Made by a program: the position numbers and the translations under genes. DNA of 64,000 nt from an uncultured virus (IMG/VR IMGVR_UViG_3300042197_001183) (taxonomy: Duplodnaviria > Heunggongvirae > Uroviricota > Caudoviricetes): the IMG/VR virus record IMGVR_UViG_3300042197_001183; one strand, 5' to 3'. Below, piece by piece: positions 29,492-37,493 of the stretch. Position 1 is the stretch's first letter, and each line of letters starts with the position of its first letter. The notes beneath the pieces were generated by a model, which had not been told where the DNA came from, searched no databases, and saw only the letters and a list, made by a program, of their open reading frames with translations.

Positions 29492-30586
29492 ATGGGATTA
29501 CCTAAAAGAAAAACAGATATAAAAGTTTTTGGTGTTAGTCAAAACACCGATAATTCCGTTATTGGTAGAAGAAAAGAATTGTTAGAAGAAATAACAAAAT
29601 CAGACACTTTTTTACCTGATTCAATCATGCATGATGATATGGATTTGGGGATGTTAGAATTTGTTAAAGAAAATTTCAAAATAATTTCAGACGGGGAAGA
29701 ATTACCGGTTATACCAAAAATACTTACAATTCAAAGATGGTCAGAATTTAAAAATAATTGGAATTTTTCAGATGAGGATGGTAATATGAAACTACCCTTT
29801 ATTGCGGTGATTAGAAAACCAGATGTTCAATTGGGAACAAATCCTTCGATTCAAAGGACAATACCCGATAGACGTGATTTTTTTTATGCATCGGTTCCAA
29901 CTTGGGACGGAAACCAAATGGGTGCTGATGTTTATAAAATACCACAACCAGTTCCTGTTGATATTGGATTTGAGGTTACAATTGTATGTACAAAATTTAG
30001 AGATATAAACACATTCAACAAAAAAGTTTTACAAAAATTTTCTTCAAGACAATCATATACGAAAGTTAAAGGACACTATATTCCAATTATTTTAGAAAGA
30101 ATTGAAAATGATAATAGTGTGTCTGAAAATATGGATGGTAGGAGATTTTATGTTCAAAATTACTCATTTACAATGTTAGGGTTTTTAATAGATGAGGAAG
30201 AATTTGAAGTTAAACCCGCAATATCGAGAGCAATATTGATGACCGAAGTTGAAAGTAGAAAACTAAAGAGTAGTAATAAAGGTAATTTAATCACTTTGAA
30301 TTCCTCATATAGTAATGGTTCAATTATTGCAACATATACAGCAACTTCTCAATATAAAGTGGATAAAACAATAGAAATTGTTTTTAATGATGTCATTGAA
30401 ACAATAACAGGGAATTCAATAAATCAAACAGTAAGATTGTTTGTTGATACTAATCAAACATCAGGAACAACACAATATAGTATTAATGAGGATTACACAA
30501 ATATAACAGGTAACAACACGTTTTCAGGAGTCACTATTAATTCAATTGGTAAATCGAAGTATTCATATTCATATGAAATAACTTAG
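29492..30586 (+). CDS. Tail completion/sheath stabiliser, gp15-like
   Basis: LPFIAV.R and PQPVPVDIGFEVTI motifs; located upstream of the sheath gene. Confidence 0.6.
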   Translation: MGLPKRKTDIKVFGVSQNTDNSVIGRRKELLEEITKSDTFLPDSIMHDDMDLGMLEFVKENFKIISDGEELPVIPKILTIQRWSEFKNNWNFSDEDGNMKLPFIAVIRKPDVQLGTNPSIQRTIPDRRDFFYASVPTWDGNQMGADVYKIPQPVPVDIGFEVTIVCTKFRDINTFNKKVLQKFSSRQSYTKVKGHYIPIILERIENDNSVSENMDGRRFYVQNYSFTMLGFLIDEEEFEVKPAISRAILMTEVESRKLKSSNKGNLITLNSSYSNGSIIATYTATSQYKVDKTIEIVFNDVIETITGNSINQTVRLFVDTNQTSGTTQYSINEDYTNITGNNTFSGVTINSIGKSKYSYSYEIT

Positions 30587-30762
30587 TCTCCGTAAATGTC
30601 TTTTTTTTGTTGAGGTATTTGTTTTGTGTTAGGTTTACAGATATCCTCTATACTCTTTTGAATAACTTTGTGAATTTTTAATCCATTGATTTCACAATAT
30701 TCTTTAAGGATTTTGTGATGGTATTCACTTATTTTTATGTTTTTAAACTCACTGTTACTCAT
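30583..30762 (-). CDS. Small ribbon-helix-helix-like DNA-binding protein (59 aa, absent from the ORF track)
   Basis: MSNSEFKNIKISEYHHKILKEYCEINGLKIHKVIQKSIEDICK...; strand-helix-helix pattern; TATTTAT 4 nt upstream. Confidence 0.65.
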   Translation of the reverse strand: MSNSEFKNIKISEYHHKILKEYCEINGLKIHKVIQKSIEDICKPNTKQIPQQKKDIYGD

Positions 30763-30850
30763 AAAGATAAATATAGATAAAAAAAGATAAATTTATATTT
30801 ATAAGTATTTTTTTTTATAAAATAAAGGGAATCTTTGGTAGATGTGATAA

Positions 30851-30857
30851 TATTTAT
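30851..30857 (+). promoter_or_regulatory. Putative late promoter (TATTTAT) of the tail sheath gene
   Basis: Instance of the motif recurring upstream of structural genes. Confidence 0.5.
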
Positions 30858-30897
30858 TATAAAAAGAAATAAAAATTTATAACCAAACAAAATAAAA

Positions 30898-33750
30898 ATG
30901 GCAAATTCAAATAGAGTTTTTGTATCTCCTGGTGTCTATACATCAGAAAAAGATTTAACTTTTGTGGCTCAAAGCGTGGGTGTAAGTACACTTGGTTTAG
31001 TGGGTGAAACTTTAAAAGGTCCCGCTTTTGAACCTATTTTAATAACTGATTTCGACGAGTTTAAGTCCTATTTTGGAACAACTTCACCACTAAAAGATGG
31101 AAATGGTAATCCTAAATTTGAATTACCTTATTTCGCTAAATCATATTTAGAAGAATCTAATCAATTATTTGTTACAAGAATATTAGGTTTAACTGGTTAC
31201 AAACCAAGCAAAAGTTTTGGTATTCAAACAATTGGTGGTATTACTTTAGGTTCATTAAGTGAGACAACGAGTGGTATAACCATGTCGGCAACTACAACAA
31301 CGATTACAGGTAGTACAATATATTCAGAATTGTCTGATAAAATATCCGTAGATGGTAATTACATAACTGACTATATTGTTTCTAATTTTAGTGGTAATAC
31401 ATCAGCTGACCATGGTCAATGGTTTGTTATGGGTCTTGTCCCAGATTCGGGAACCACTTCATTAACCACTTTATTAGAGGAGGTTTCTCCTTTGACTGGA
31501 TTAAATGACGCAACCAACAACAACAATAAAGAATGGTATAATGTTTTGGTAAATTCGGGTAATACTGAAGTATATTCTTATTTATTTGTTTACAATAGTG
31601 GTACAACTGAATTTGATGTCACAAGATACACATACAATGCAACTTTAAATAGTGATTATGATGGAAAGGTAATATTATCTTTTAGACCAAGAGGTTCATA
31701 TGTTGGTCAAACATTAAATCTTGAAGTTACTGCAGACGTTAATTTTAATATTAGTGGTACTGGTTTAACATCAAATCCACTATCCGAGTTTACCGTAAAC
31801 GTAACAGGCGCAACAAGTGGAGCAAAATCTTTTACATGTAGTATGGATAGTACATCATCAAAATACGTAACTAAAGTATTCGGTACAGATGTTTACGATA
31901 GATTAAAAGGAGACGTTCCTATTTATGTTTTTGAATCGTACCCTAATTATCTTTTGGAGGCATATAAACAAGGATTTATTAGAGGTTTAAGTTTAACAGA
32001 ATTATATGAAAGTGAAGGAACTCAATTTAATACTCAATGGGGTACACCGGTGTCTCCAACAATAGTTTCCGAGGTTCGTGGTGGTGAAGTTGTTGATTTA
32101 TTTGATATAATTACCATTTCAGATGGTGATAGTGCAAATTTCGAAGTAAAGGTTTCAATAATAAACATCAACATTGAAACAGGTGAATTTGATTTAATCG
32201 TTAGAGATTTTAATGATACCGACGACAATGTTGTTGTACTTGAAAAATTCTCGAGATGCTCAATGAATCCCGATTTACCAGGTTATGTCGCAAGAAAGAT
32301 TGGTACATCTGATGGAGAATATGAATTACGTTCAAGATATATTATGTTATCGATGAGTGATAGTGCACCATCAGACGCATATCCCGCAGGTTTTAAAGGG
32401 TTTGTTTCAAATCCATTTGGTTCTGAAACTTTGGGTTCTGTTATGTATAAAACTGAATTCTATGACGCTGGTGACACTATGGGATACGAAGCCGATGGTA
32501 CACGAATTCTATCTTCAGGTGATAAATTAAGAAGAACGTATTTTGGTCTATCAAGCCAAGTTGGTCAAATTACATATGATAGAGACTTGTTTAAATTTAA
32601 AGGAACAGGGGCATCTACCACGACAGATGGTTTTCACTTGTCTACAAACGCGTCAACTTTAACAGGTACGACGTTTTTAACTACATCATACGATTTAGAG
32701 GGTCAAACAGATTCAACAAACAATAAGTTAACAAACATCAATTATCGTAAGTTTACTTTAGCTGCTTGTGGTGGTTTTGATGGTTGGGACATTTATAGAA
32801 ACGTAAGAACATATGGTGATAGTTATATATTCGGTAAACCAACATATGTAAGCGGTGACACATCAAATAGTGGTGTGTTTAGTACCATATCAGGTAATAC
32901 AGATTATTACTCGTACATACGGGGCATTGATACCTTTTCAAATCCTGAAGCGGTAGATATTAACATATTTGCAACACCAGGTATAAATTTTTATGACCAT
33001 GGTTCATTAACGGCATATGCTATTGAAATGGTTGAAGAAGATAGGGCAGATTCTTTATATGTGATATCGAGTCCGAACCAAACAACAAGTGATGAAATTA
33101 TTGATTCGTTGGATTTGGTTTCAATTGATAGTAACTATTCCGCAACTTATTGGCCATGGATACAAGTAAGGGACGTTGATAACGCAACACAATTGTATTT
33201 ACCCCCAACAGGTGAAGTGTTGAGAAATATTGCTTTAACCGATAACGTTTCTTTTCCATGGTTTGCGGTTGCTGGTTATTCAAGAGGTTTGGTTAATTCA
33301 ATCAAAGCATACAAAAAATTAACATTGGATGAAAGAGATGATTTATATAAAAACAGAATTAATCCTATTGCGACTTTTTCTGACACCGGTACAATAATTT
33401 GGGGTAACAAAACTTTACAAGTAAGAGAATCCGCTTTGGATAGAATAAATGTAAGAAGACTTTTGTTAAGAACAAGAAAATTGATTTCTGCAATTGCTGT
33501 AAGACTTTTATTCGAACAGAATGACGAACAAGTTCGTAATGAATTCTTAAGATTAGTCAATCCAATATTGGAATCAATAAAAAGAGAGAGAGGTATTTTT
33601 GAATTCAGAGTAACAGTATCAAACGACCCAGAGGATATAGACGCAAATACTTTGAGAGGTAAAATTTATATCAAACCAACTCGTTCATTGGAGTTTATCG
33701 ATTTAGAATTTATAATTACCCCAACGGGAGCGTCTTTTGAAAATATTTAA
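30898..33750 (+). CDS. gp18: Tail sheath protein
   Basis: VSPGVYTSEKD, GLVGETLKGP, YWPW, PWFAVAGYSRG, RINPI, WGNKTL, LDRINVRRL, KPTRSLEFI. Confidence 0.96.
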   Translation: MANSNRVFVSPGVYTSEKDLTFVAQSVGVSTLGLVGETLKGPAFEPILITDFDEFKSYFGTTSPLKDGNGNPKFELPYFAKSYLEESNQLFVTRILGLTGYKPSKSFGIQTIGGITLGSLSETTSGITMSATTTTITGSTIYSELSDKISVDGNYITDYIVSNFSGNTSADHGQWFVMGLVPDSGTTSLTTLLEEVSPLTGLNDATNNNNKEWYNVLVNSGNTEVYSYLFVYNSGTTEFDVTRYTYNATLNSDYDGKVILSFRPRGSYVGQTLNLEVTADVNFNISGTGLTSNPLSEFTVNVTGATSGAKSFTCSMDSTSSKYVTKVFGTDVYDRLKGDVPIYVFESYPNYLLEAYKQGFIRGLSLTELYESEGTQFNTQWGTPVSPTIVSEVRGGEVVDLFDIITISDGDSANFEVKVSIININIETGEFDLIVRDFNDTDDNVVVLEKFSRCSMNPDLPGYVARKIGTSDGEYELRSRYIMLSMSDSAPSDAYPAGFKGFVSNPFGSETLGSVMYKTEFYDAGDTMGYEADGTRILSSGDKLRRTYFGLSSQVGQITYDRDLFKFKGTGASTTTDGFHLSTNASTLTGTTFLTTSYDLEGQTDSTNNKLTNINYRKFTLAACGGFDGWDIYRNVRTYGDSYIFGKPTYVSGDTSNSGVFSTISGNTDYYSYIRGIDTFSNPEAVDINIFATPGINFYDHGSLTAYAIEMVEEDRADSLYVISSPNQTTSDEIIDSLDLVSIDSNYSATYWPWIQVRDVDNATQLYLPPTGEVLRNIALTDNVSFPWFAVAGYSRGLVNSIKAYKKLTLDERDDLYKNRINPIATFSDTGTIIWGNKTLQVRESALDRINVRRLLLRTRKLISAIAVRLLFEQNDEQVRNEFLRLVNPILESIKRERGIFEFRVTVSNDPEDIDANTLRGKIYIKPTRSLEFIDLEFIITPTGASFENI

Positions 33751-33757
33751 AAAATTA

Positions 33758-33866
33758 CCCAGTATATTACACCAGTATATAAAACTAGAAATAATAAATG
33801 CTAAATAAACTAGATAATAAAAACTAGATAATAAAAAACTAGAACTAAATACTAGTATATACTGGG
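33758..33866. repeat. A-rich element with AAACTAGA direct repeats bounded by inverted repeats
   Basis: CCCAGTATAT (33758) and CCAGTATATA (33772) versus TATATACTGGG (33856-33866); AAACTAGA at 33782, 33807, 33821, 33836. Confidence 0.8.
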
Positions 33867-33906
33867 CTAATAAAATATAAATAAAAAAAAAGAAAAAACC
33901 AAGTAA

Positions 33907-35547
33907 TTATAAAATTTTTTTATAGACAATTGTTCCACAATCATATATTCTGTAGATTTGTCTCTCTAACATAATTTTATGTTCGGTTTTATTTGTGATA
34001 TCAAATCCTTGTTTTTTTAATATTTCTTTTCTAAAATTAAAACGATGATATCGTTTTTTATTTTTAACATACCAATATGTTGGTTGATTAATTGATATTT
34101 TTTCAAATTTTAATTTTTCATATAAATCTCCTTGGCTCCACCTTCTATCGGCATAACTTACTATTTCTTTTGGTGAATATTTCTTGATGAAGAATTTAAG
34201 TAACCTATCTGCTCCACCAATTACAATTGTATTTAATTTATTACAGAATCTACTCAATTCGTAACCATCATAAAACTTACCAATTCCTAATCTGGGTCTT
34301 GTAAACACCATCAATGACACCAATTCTTCATTTAAAAACAAACCAATATTAATTTTAGAATTTATTTTTCCTTGGATATGATTTTCATTTAAAAAATTAC
34401 GGGAAATATTATTACTAACTTCTTTAATTGTACATCTTCTAGCAAAAATTTTATTTTTAGTTAATCCAAAAAGATTCATTAATCTAGATTTAACAATTTC
34501 TTTTTTGTCCAACCATTCATCTTCAAAAATATGTATTAGTTTTATTCCTTTACTTTCACATAATTCGGTTTTCCTCAAATGATAATTTTTATCAACCTTT
34601 AACTCATTGTGCCAATATAAACCATTAAATTCTATCGCGATATTATGTGATGGAACAAAAATATCCAATTGATTTGGTTTTATTATTGATGTTGATGACG
34701 TTATTGTTTTAATATTATTCTCAAATAAAAAATTATTAATTTCTTTTTCCATTCCTGAAACGGACGATGTACACATAATACATCCATGATTTGAAATATG
34801 GTCATATGGTAATTGTTCAAAAATACCATGTTCGGGGCAAATAATTTTTACCTTAGTTTGTGAATTAATATATTCAACCAATGAATAATCATATTTTTCT
34901 CCGTGAGTTAGTTTTGAATCTAAAATGAATTCTTCGGCTGTTTTAGTTAATGAAATTTTTCTATCGTTTGTTGAACATATTGGACAACCATTACCATATA
35001 AATGTTTCGATGGTAATTGATTAAATACTCCGTGTTCTTTGCAAATAATTTCAATCTTTGTTTTTGAATCAATATATTCAACCAACGAATAATCGTATTT
35101 GTTACCATGGGTAATTCTTGATTTTTTGATAAACCCGGTTAAATTGTCTTTTGGTTTCGTAATTAATTTTGAACATATAGGACAACCTTGTCCTTTCATA
35201 TGATTTGTTGGTAGTTGTTCAAATATTCCGTGTTCTTTGCAAATAATTTTAACTTTTGTTTTTGAATCAATATATTCAACCAATGAATAATCGTATTTAT
35301 TACCATGGGTTTTAACACATTTATTGATTAACTCAAGAGTATTTGTGGTATATTTTGAACACAATTTACATTTTATTCTACCTCTTAAATGTTCTCTTGG
35401 TTCTTGCTCAAATACTCCGTGTTCTTTGCAAATAATTTTAACTTTTGTTTTTGAATCAATATATTCAACCAATGAATAATCATATTTATCTTCATATAAT
35501 TTTTTTGCCTTTATAACAAATTTTTCTCTTTTAGTAAGTTTTTCCAT
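33907..35547 (-). CDS. Free-standing Hef-like homing endonuclease: four Zn-ribbon repeats, PD-(D/E)XK nuclease, C-terminal Hef/Mom-like domain
   Basis: Four KYDYSLVEYI.S.TK..IIC.EHG.F.Q.P..H repeats; LDIFVP..IAIEFNGLYWH; ELSRFC..IGGA..SYADRRWS. Antisense between sheath and tube; start probably MEKLTK (35547). Confidence 0.8.
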   Translation of the reverse strand: MEKLTKREKFVIKAKKLYEDKYDYSLVEYIDSKTKVKIICKEHGVFEQEPREHLRGRIKCKLCSKYTTNTLELINKCVKTHGNKYDYSLVEYIDSKTKVKIICKEHGIFEQLPTNHMKGQGCPICSKLITKPKDNLTGFIKKSRITHGNKYDYSLVEYIDSKTKIEIICKEHGVFNQLPSKHLYGNGCPICSTNDRKISLTKTAEEFILDSKLTHGEKYDYSLVEYINSQTKVKIICPEHGIFEQLPYDHISNHGCIMCTSSVSGMEKEINNFLFENNIKTITSSTSIIKPNQLDIFVPSHNIAIEFNGLYWHNELKVDKNYHLRKTELCESKGIKLIHIFEDEWLDKKEIVKSRLMNLFGLTKNKIFARRCTIKEVSNNISRNFLNENHIQGKINSKINIGLFLNEELVSLMVFTRPRLGIGKFYDGYELSRFCNKLNTIVIGGADRLLKFFIKKYSPKEIVSYADRRWSQGDLYEKLKFEKISINQPTYWYVKNKKRYHRFNFRKEILKKQGFDITNKTEHKIMLERQIYRIYDCGTIVYKKIL

Positions 35548-35555
35548 TATCACGA

Positions 35556-35562
35556 TATTTAT
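35556..35562 (+). promoter_or_regulatory. Putative late promoter (TATTTAT) of the tail tube gene
   Basis: Recurrent motif GATATTTATAAA. Confidence 0.5.
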
Positions 35563-35611
35563 AAACATACAAATAGAAGTATAATAATAAATATAAAGAA
35601 AAAAAAATAAA

Positions 35612-36100
35612 ATGGCAGATTTATTAATGAAAATGCCGGTTCCATACGAACCGAAACGTCAAAATAGATTCATTTTAAGATTTCCATCTTCATTGGGAAT
35701 CAATGAATGGTATGTATCGTCCGCGGCTAGACCTTCGGCAAAAATAAATTCAGTAGCAATACCATTTTTAAATACTTCAACATATGTTGCTGGTAGATTT
35801 GAGTGGGCCGAGATGAGAGTAACTTTTAGAGACCCAATTGGACCTTCAGCCGCTCAAGCGTTAATGGAGTGGTTCAGATTACATGCTGAATCTGTTACAG
35901 GTAGAATGGGATATGCTGCTGGTTATAAGAAAGATATTGAACTAGAAATGTTAGACCCAACGGGTGTAGTTGTTGAAAAATGGATTATGCAGGGTACATT
36001 CATTACCGATTTAAACTTCAATGAATTAGATTATTCAAGGGATGAAATCGCAACAATTACTTGTTCCTTACGTCCAGATAGATGTATTTTGGTGTACTAA
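35612..36100 (+). CDS. gp19: Tail tube protein
   Basis: EPKRQNRF, YVAGRFEW, W..L..GYAAGYKKD, LDPTGVVVEKW..G.F..LDYS; follows the sheath gene. Confidence 0.9.
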   Translation: MADLLMKMPVPYEPKRQNRFILRFPSSLGINEWYVSSAARPSAKINSVAIPFLNTSTYVAGRFEWAEMRVTFRDPIGPSAAQALMEWFRLHAESVTGRMGYAAGYKKDIELEMLDPTGVVVEKWIMQGTFITDLNFNELDYSRDEIATITCSLRPDRCILVY

Positions 36101-36126
36101 TTCAAAAAAAATAATTATCTCAATAG

Positions 36127-36162
36127 AAAGGGTCTTCTCAAAAGGAAGACCTTTACTTTTTT
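36127..36162 (+). terminator. Probable terminator after tail tube
   Basis: GGTCTTC-TCAAAAG-GAAGACC followed by TTTACTTTTTT. Confidence 0.6.
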
Positions 36163-36207
36163 ATATAGTTTTGTATTTTATAATAGTTATAGTTAAAAGA
36201 TAAATTT

Positions 36208-36603
36208 ATGAATGACATATTTAAATTTGAACCAATCGAACCACTAATTGAAAATAGATATATTATCAATATTGTTGGTACATATATTCCTCAATTCCTT
36301 TTTAGGAAGTATAAAATTCACAATGAGGGAGAAGAATTAATTTTTACTACAGAATTTTATGAAACAGTAAATTTCACATTTAACCCAAAAGATTTTTTTG
36401 AAATCACTGGTGTTAAAATAGATTACCTTTCACCCATTGGTGAAGTGGTAAGTTCTTTAGAATTTAAAATAAAAGGTTCAAATTTTGAAAAAGAACAATC
36501 GTATTCAAATAGTGAATTACAAACAAACAAACTTAAATTTATCATGGATAAAGAATCAATACAATTAACGTCAAAATCAAACGAAGAAAATGGAAGAATT
36601 TAA
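36208..36603 (+). CDS. Divergent tail-tube paralog
   Basis: EPLIENRYI vs EPKRQNRFI; YLSPIGEVV vs MLDPTGVVV; NFEKEQSYS vs NFNELDYS. Confidence 0.6.
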   Translation: MNDIFKFEPIEPLIENRYIINIVGTYIPQFLFRKYKIHNEGEELIFTTEFYETVNFTFNPKDFFEITGVKIDYLSPIGEVVSSLEFKIKGSNFEKEQSYSNSELQTNKLKFIMDKESIQLTSKSNEENGRI

Positions 36604-37339
36604 AATAGACCCAAACATTGCATATGACGTTGTTGAATTACCTTCAAGAGGTATTTTTTATAAAAACAGAAAAAAATCAGTAAGAGTAGCATATTTAACC
36701 GCCGCAGATGAAAACATATTATCTTCATCAAACTTAATTCAAAACAATACTGTTATTGATGAATTGTTAAAAAGAAAAATAATTGATAAAGATATTGATT
36801 TAGAAGAATTAGTGGATGAAGATAGAATGGCGGTTTTAATCTTTTTAAGAAATACCGCTTTTGGTTCTGAATATAGTTACAAAATAATTGACGGAAAAAC
36901 CGGTAAAGACTTTGATGTTTCTTTCGATTTAAGTGAATTATCATTTAAAGAATTCAATCTTGAACCAAATGAAAATGGGGAATTTAAATACACAACCAAT
37001 ATTTCAAAAATTGATATCACTTTCAAATTTTTAACAAAAAAACAAGAAAAAGAAATTGAACAAATTGAAAAAAGTTGGAATGGTGTCGGTGCTCCACCAA
37101 TTGTCACAAAACAACTTGAGTTTATGATTAAATCAGTTGCTGGTAATAAAGACCCAATGAATATCAGAAATTTTATTGAAAATCTACCAATTAAAGACTC
37201 TCAAGACTTTAGAAAATATGTTAGAGAGAATAGACCCGCAATTGACCTAAAAAAAGAAGTAATGACCCCATCAGGAGAGAATATCCAAATTGTTATTGGA
37301 TTTGGGGTCGAATTTTTTCGCCCTTTCTACGGAATATAG
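36590..37339 (+). CDS. Tail/baseplate assembly chaperone, gp26-like
   Basis: VELPSRG, YLTAADENIL, DRMAVLIFLRNTAFG, F.FLT, FIENLPIKDS, FGVEFFRP; immediately upstream of tape measure. Confidence 0.75.
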   Translation: MEEFKIDPNIAYDVVELPSRGIFYKNRKKSVRVAYLTAADENILSSSNLIQNNTVIDELLKRKIIDKDIDLEELVDEDRMAVLIFLRNTAFGSEYSYKIIDGKTGKDFDVSFDLSELSFKEFNLEPNENGEFKYTTNISKIDITFKFLTKKQEKEIEQIEKSWNGVGAPPIVTKQLEFMIKSVAGNKDPMNIRNFIENLPIKDSQDFRKYVRENRPAIDLKKEVMTPSGENIQIVIGFGVEFFRPFYGI

Positions 37340-37466
37340 AAAGGGTCAATTAGACGAAATATTATATCTAATAAGAAGAGGATTTTCCTACGGGGATATT
37401 CTTTCTATGCCCATATCGATTAGACGATACTATGTTAGTTATATTCAAGAGTTAGAAAATAAATAA
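37314..37466 (+). CDS. Small overlapping +1-frame ORF (gp51-like / chaperone C-terminal extension)
   Basis: FFALSTEYRKGQLDEILYLIRRGFSYGDILSMPISIRRYYVSYIQELENK*; no in-frame ATG at its 5' end; fills the gap before the tape measure. Confidence 0.7.
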   Translation, partial: FFALSTEYRKGQLDEILYLIRRGFSYGDILSMPISIRRYYVSYIQELENK

Positions 37467-37493
37467 AATTGATATTTATATGTAAACAATTTT

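Noticed and set aside
33758..33866. Possible mini-CRISPR array
   Set aside because: Repeats are only 8-14 nt with irregular short gaps; no cas genes in the window.
37310..37353. Classical -1 frameshift in the chaperone gene
   Set aside because: The -1 frame reaches TAG after about 12 codons; the protein-like continuation is in the +1 frame.
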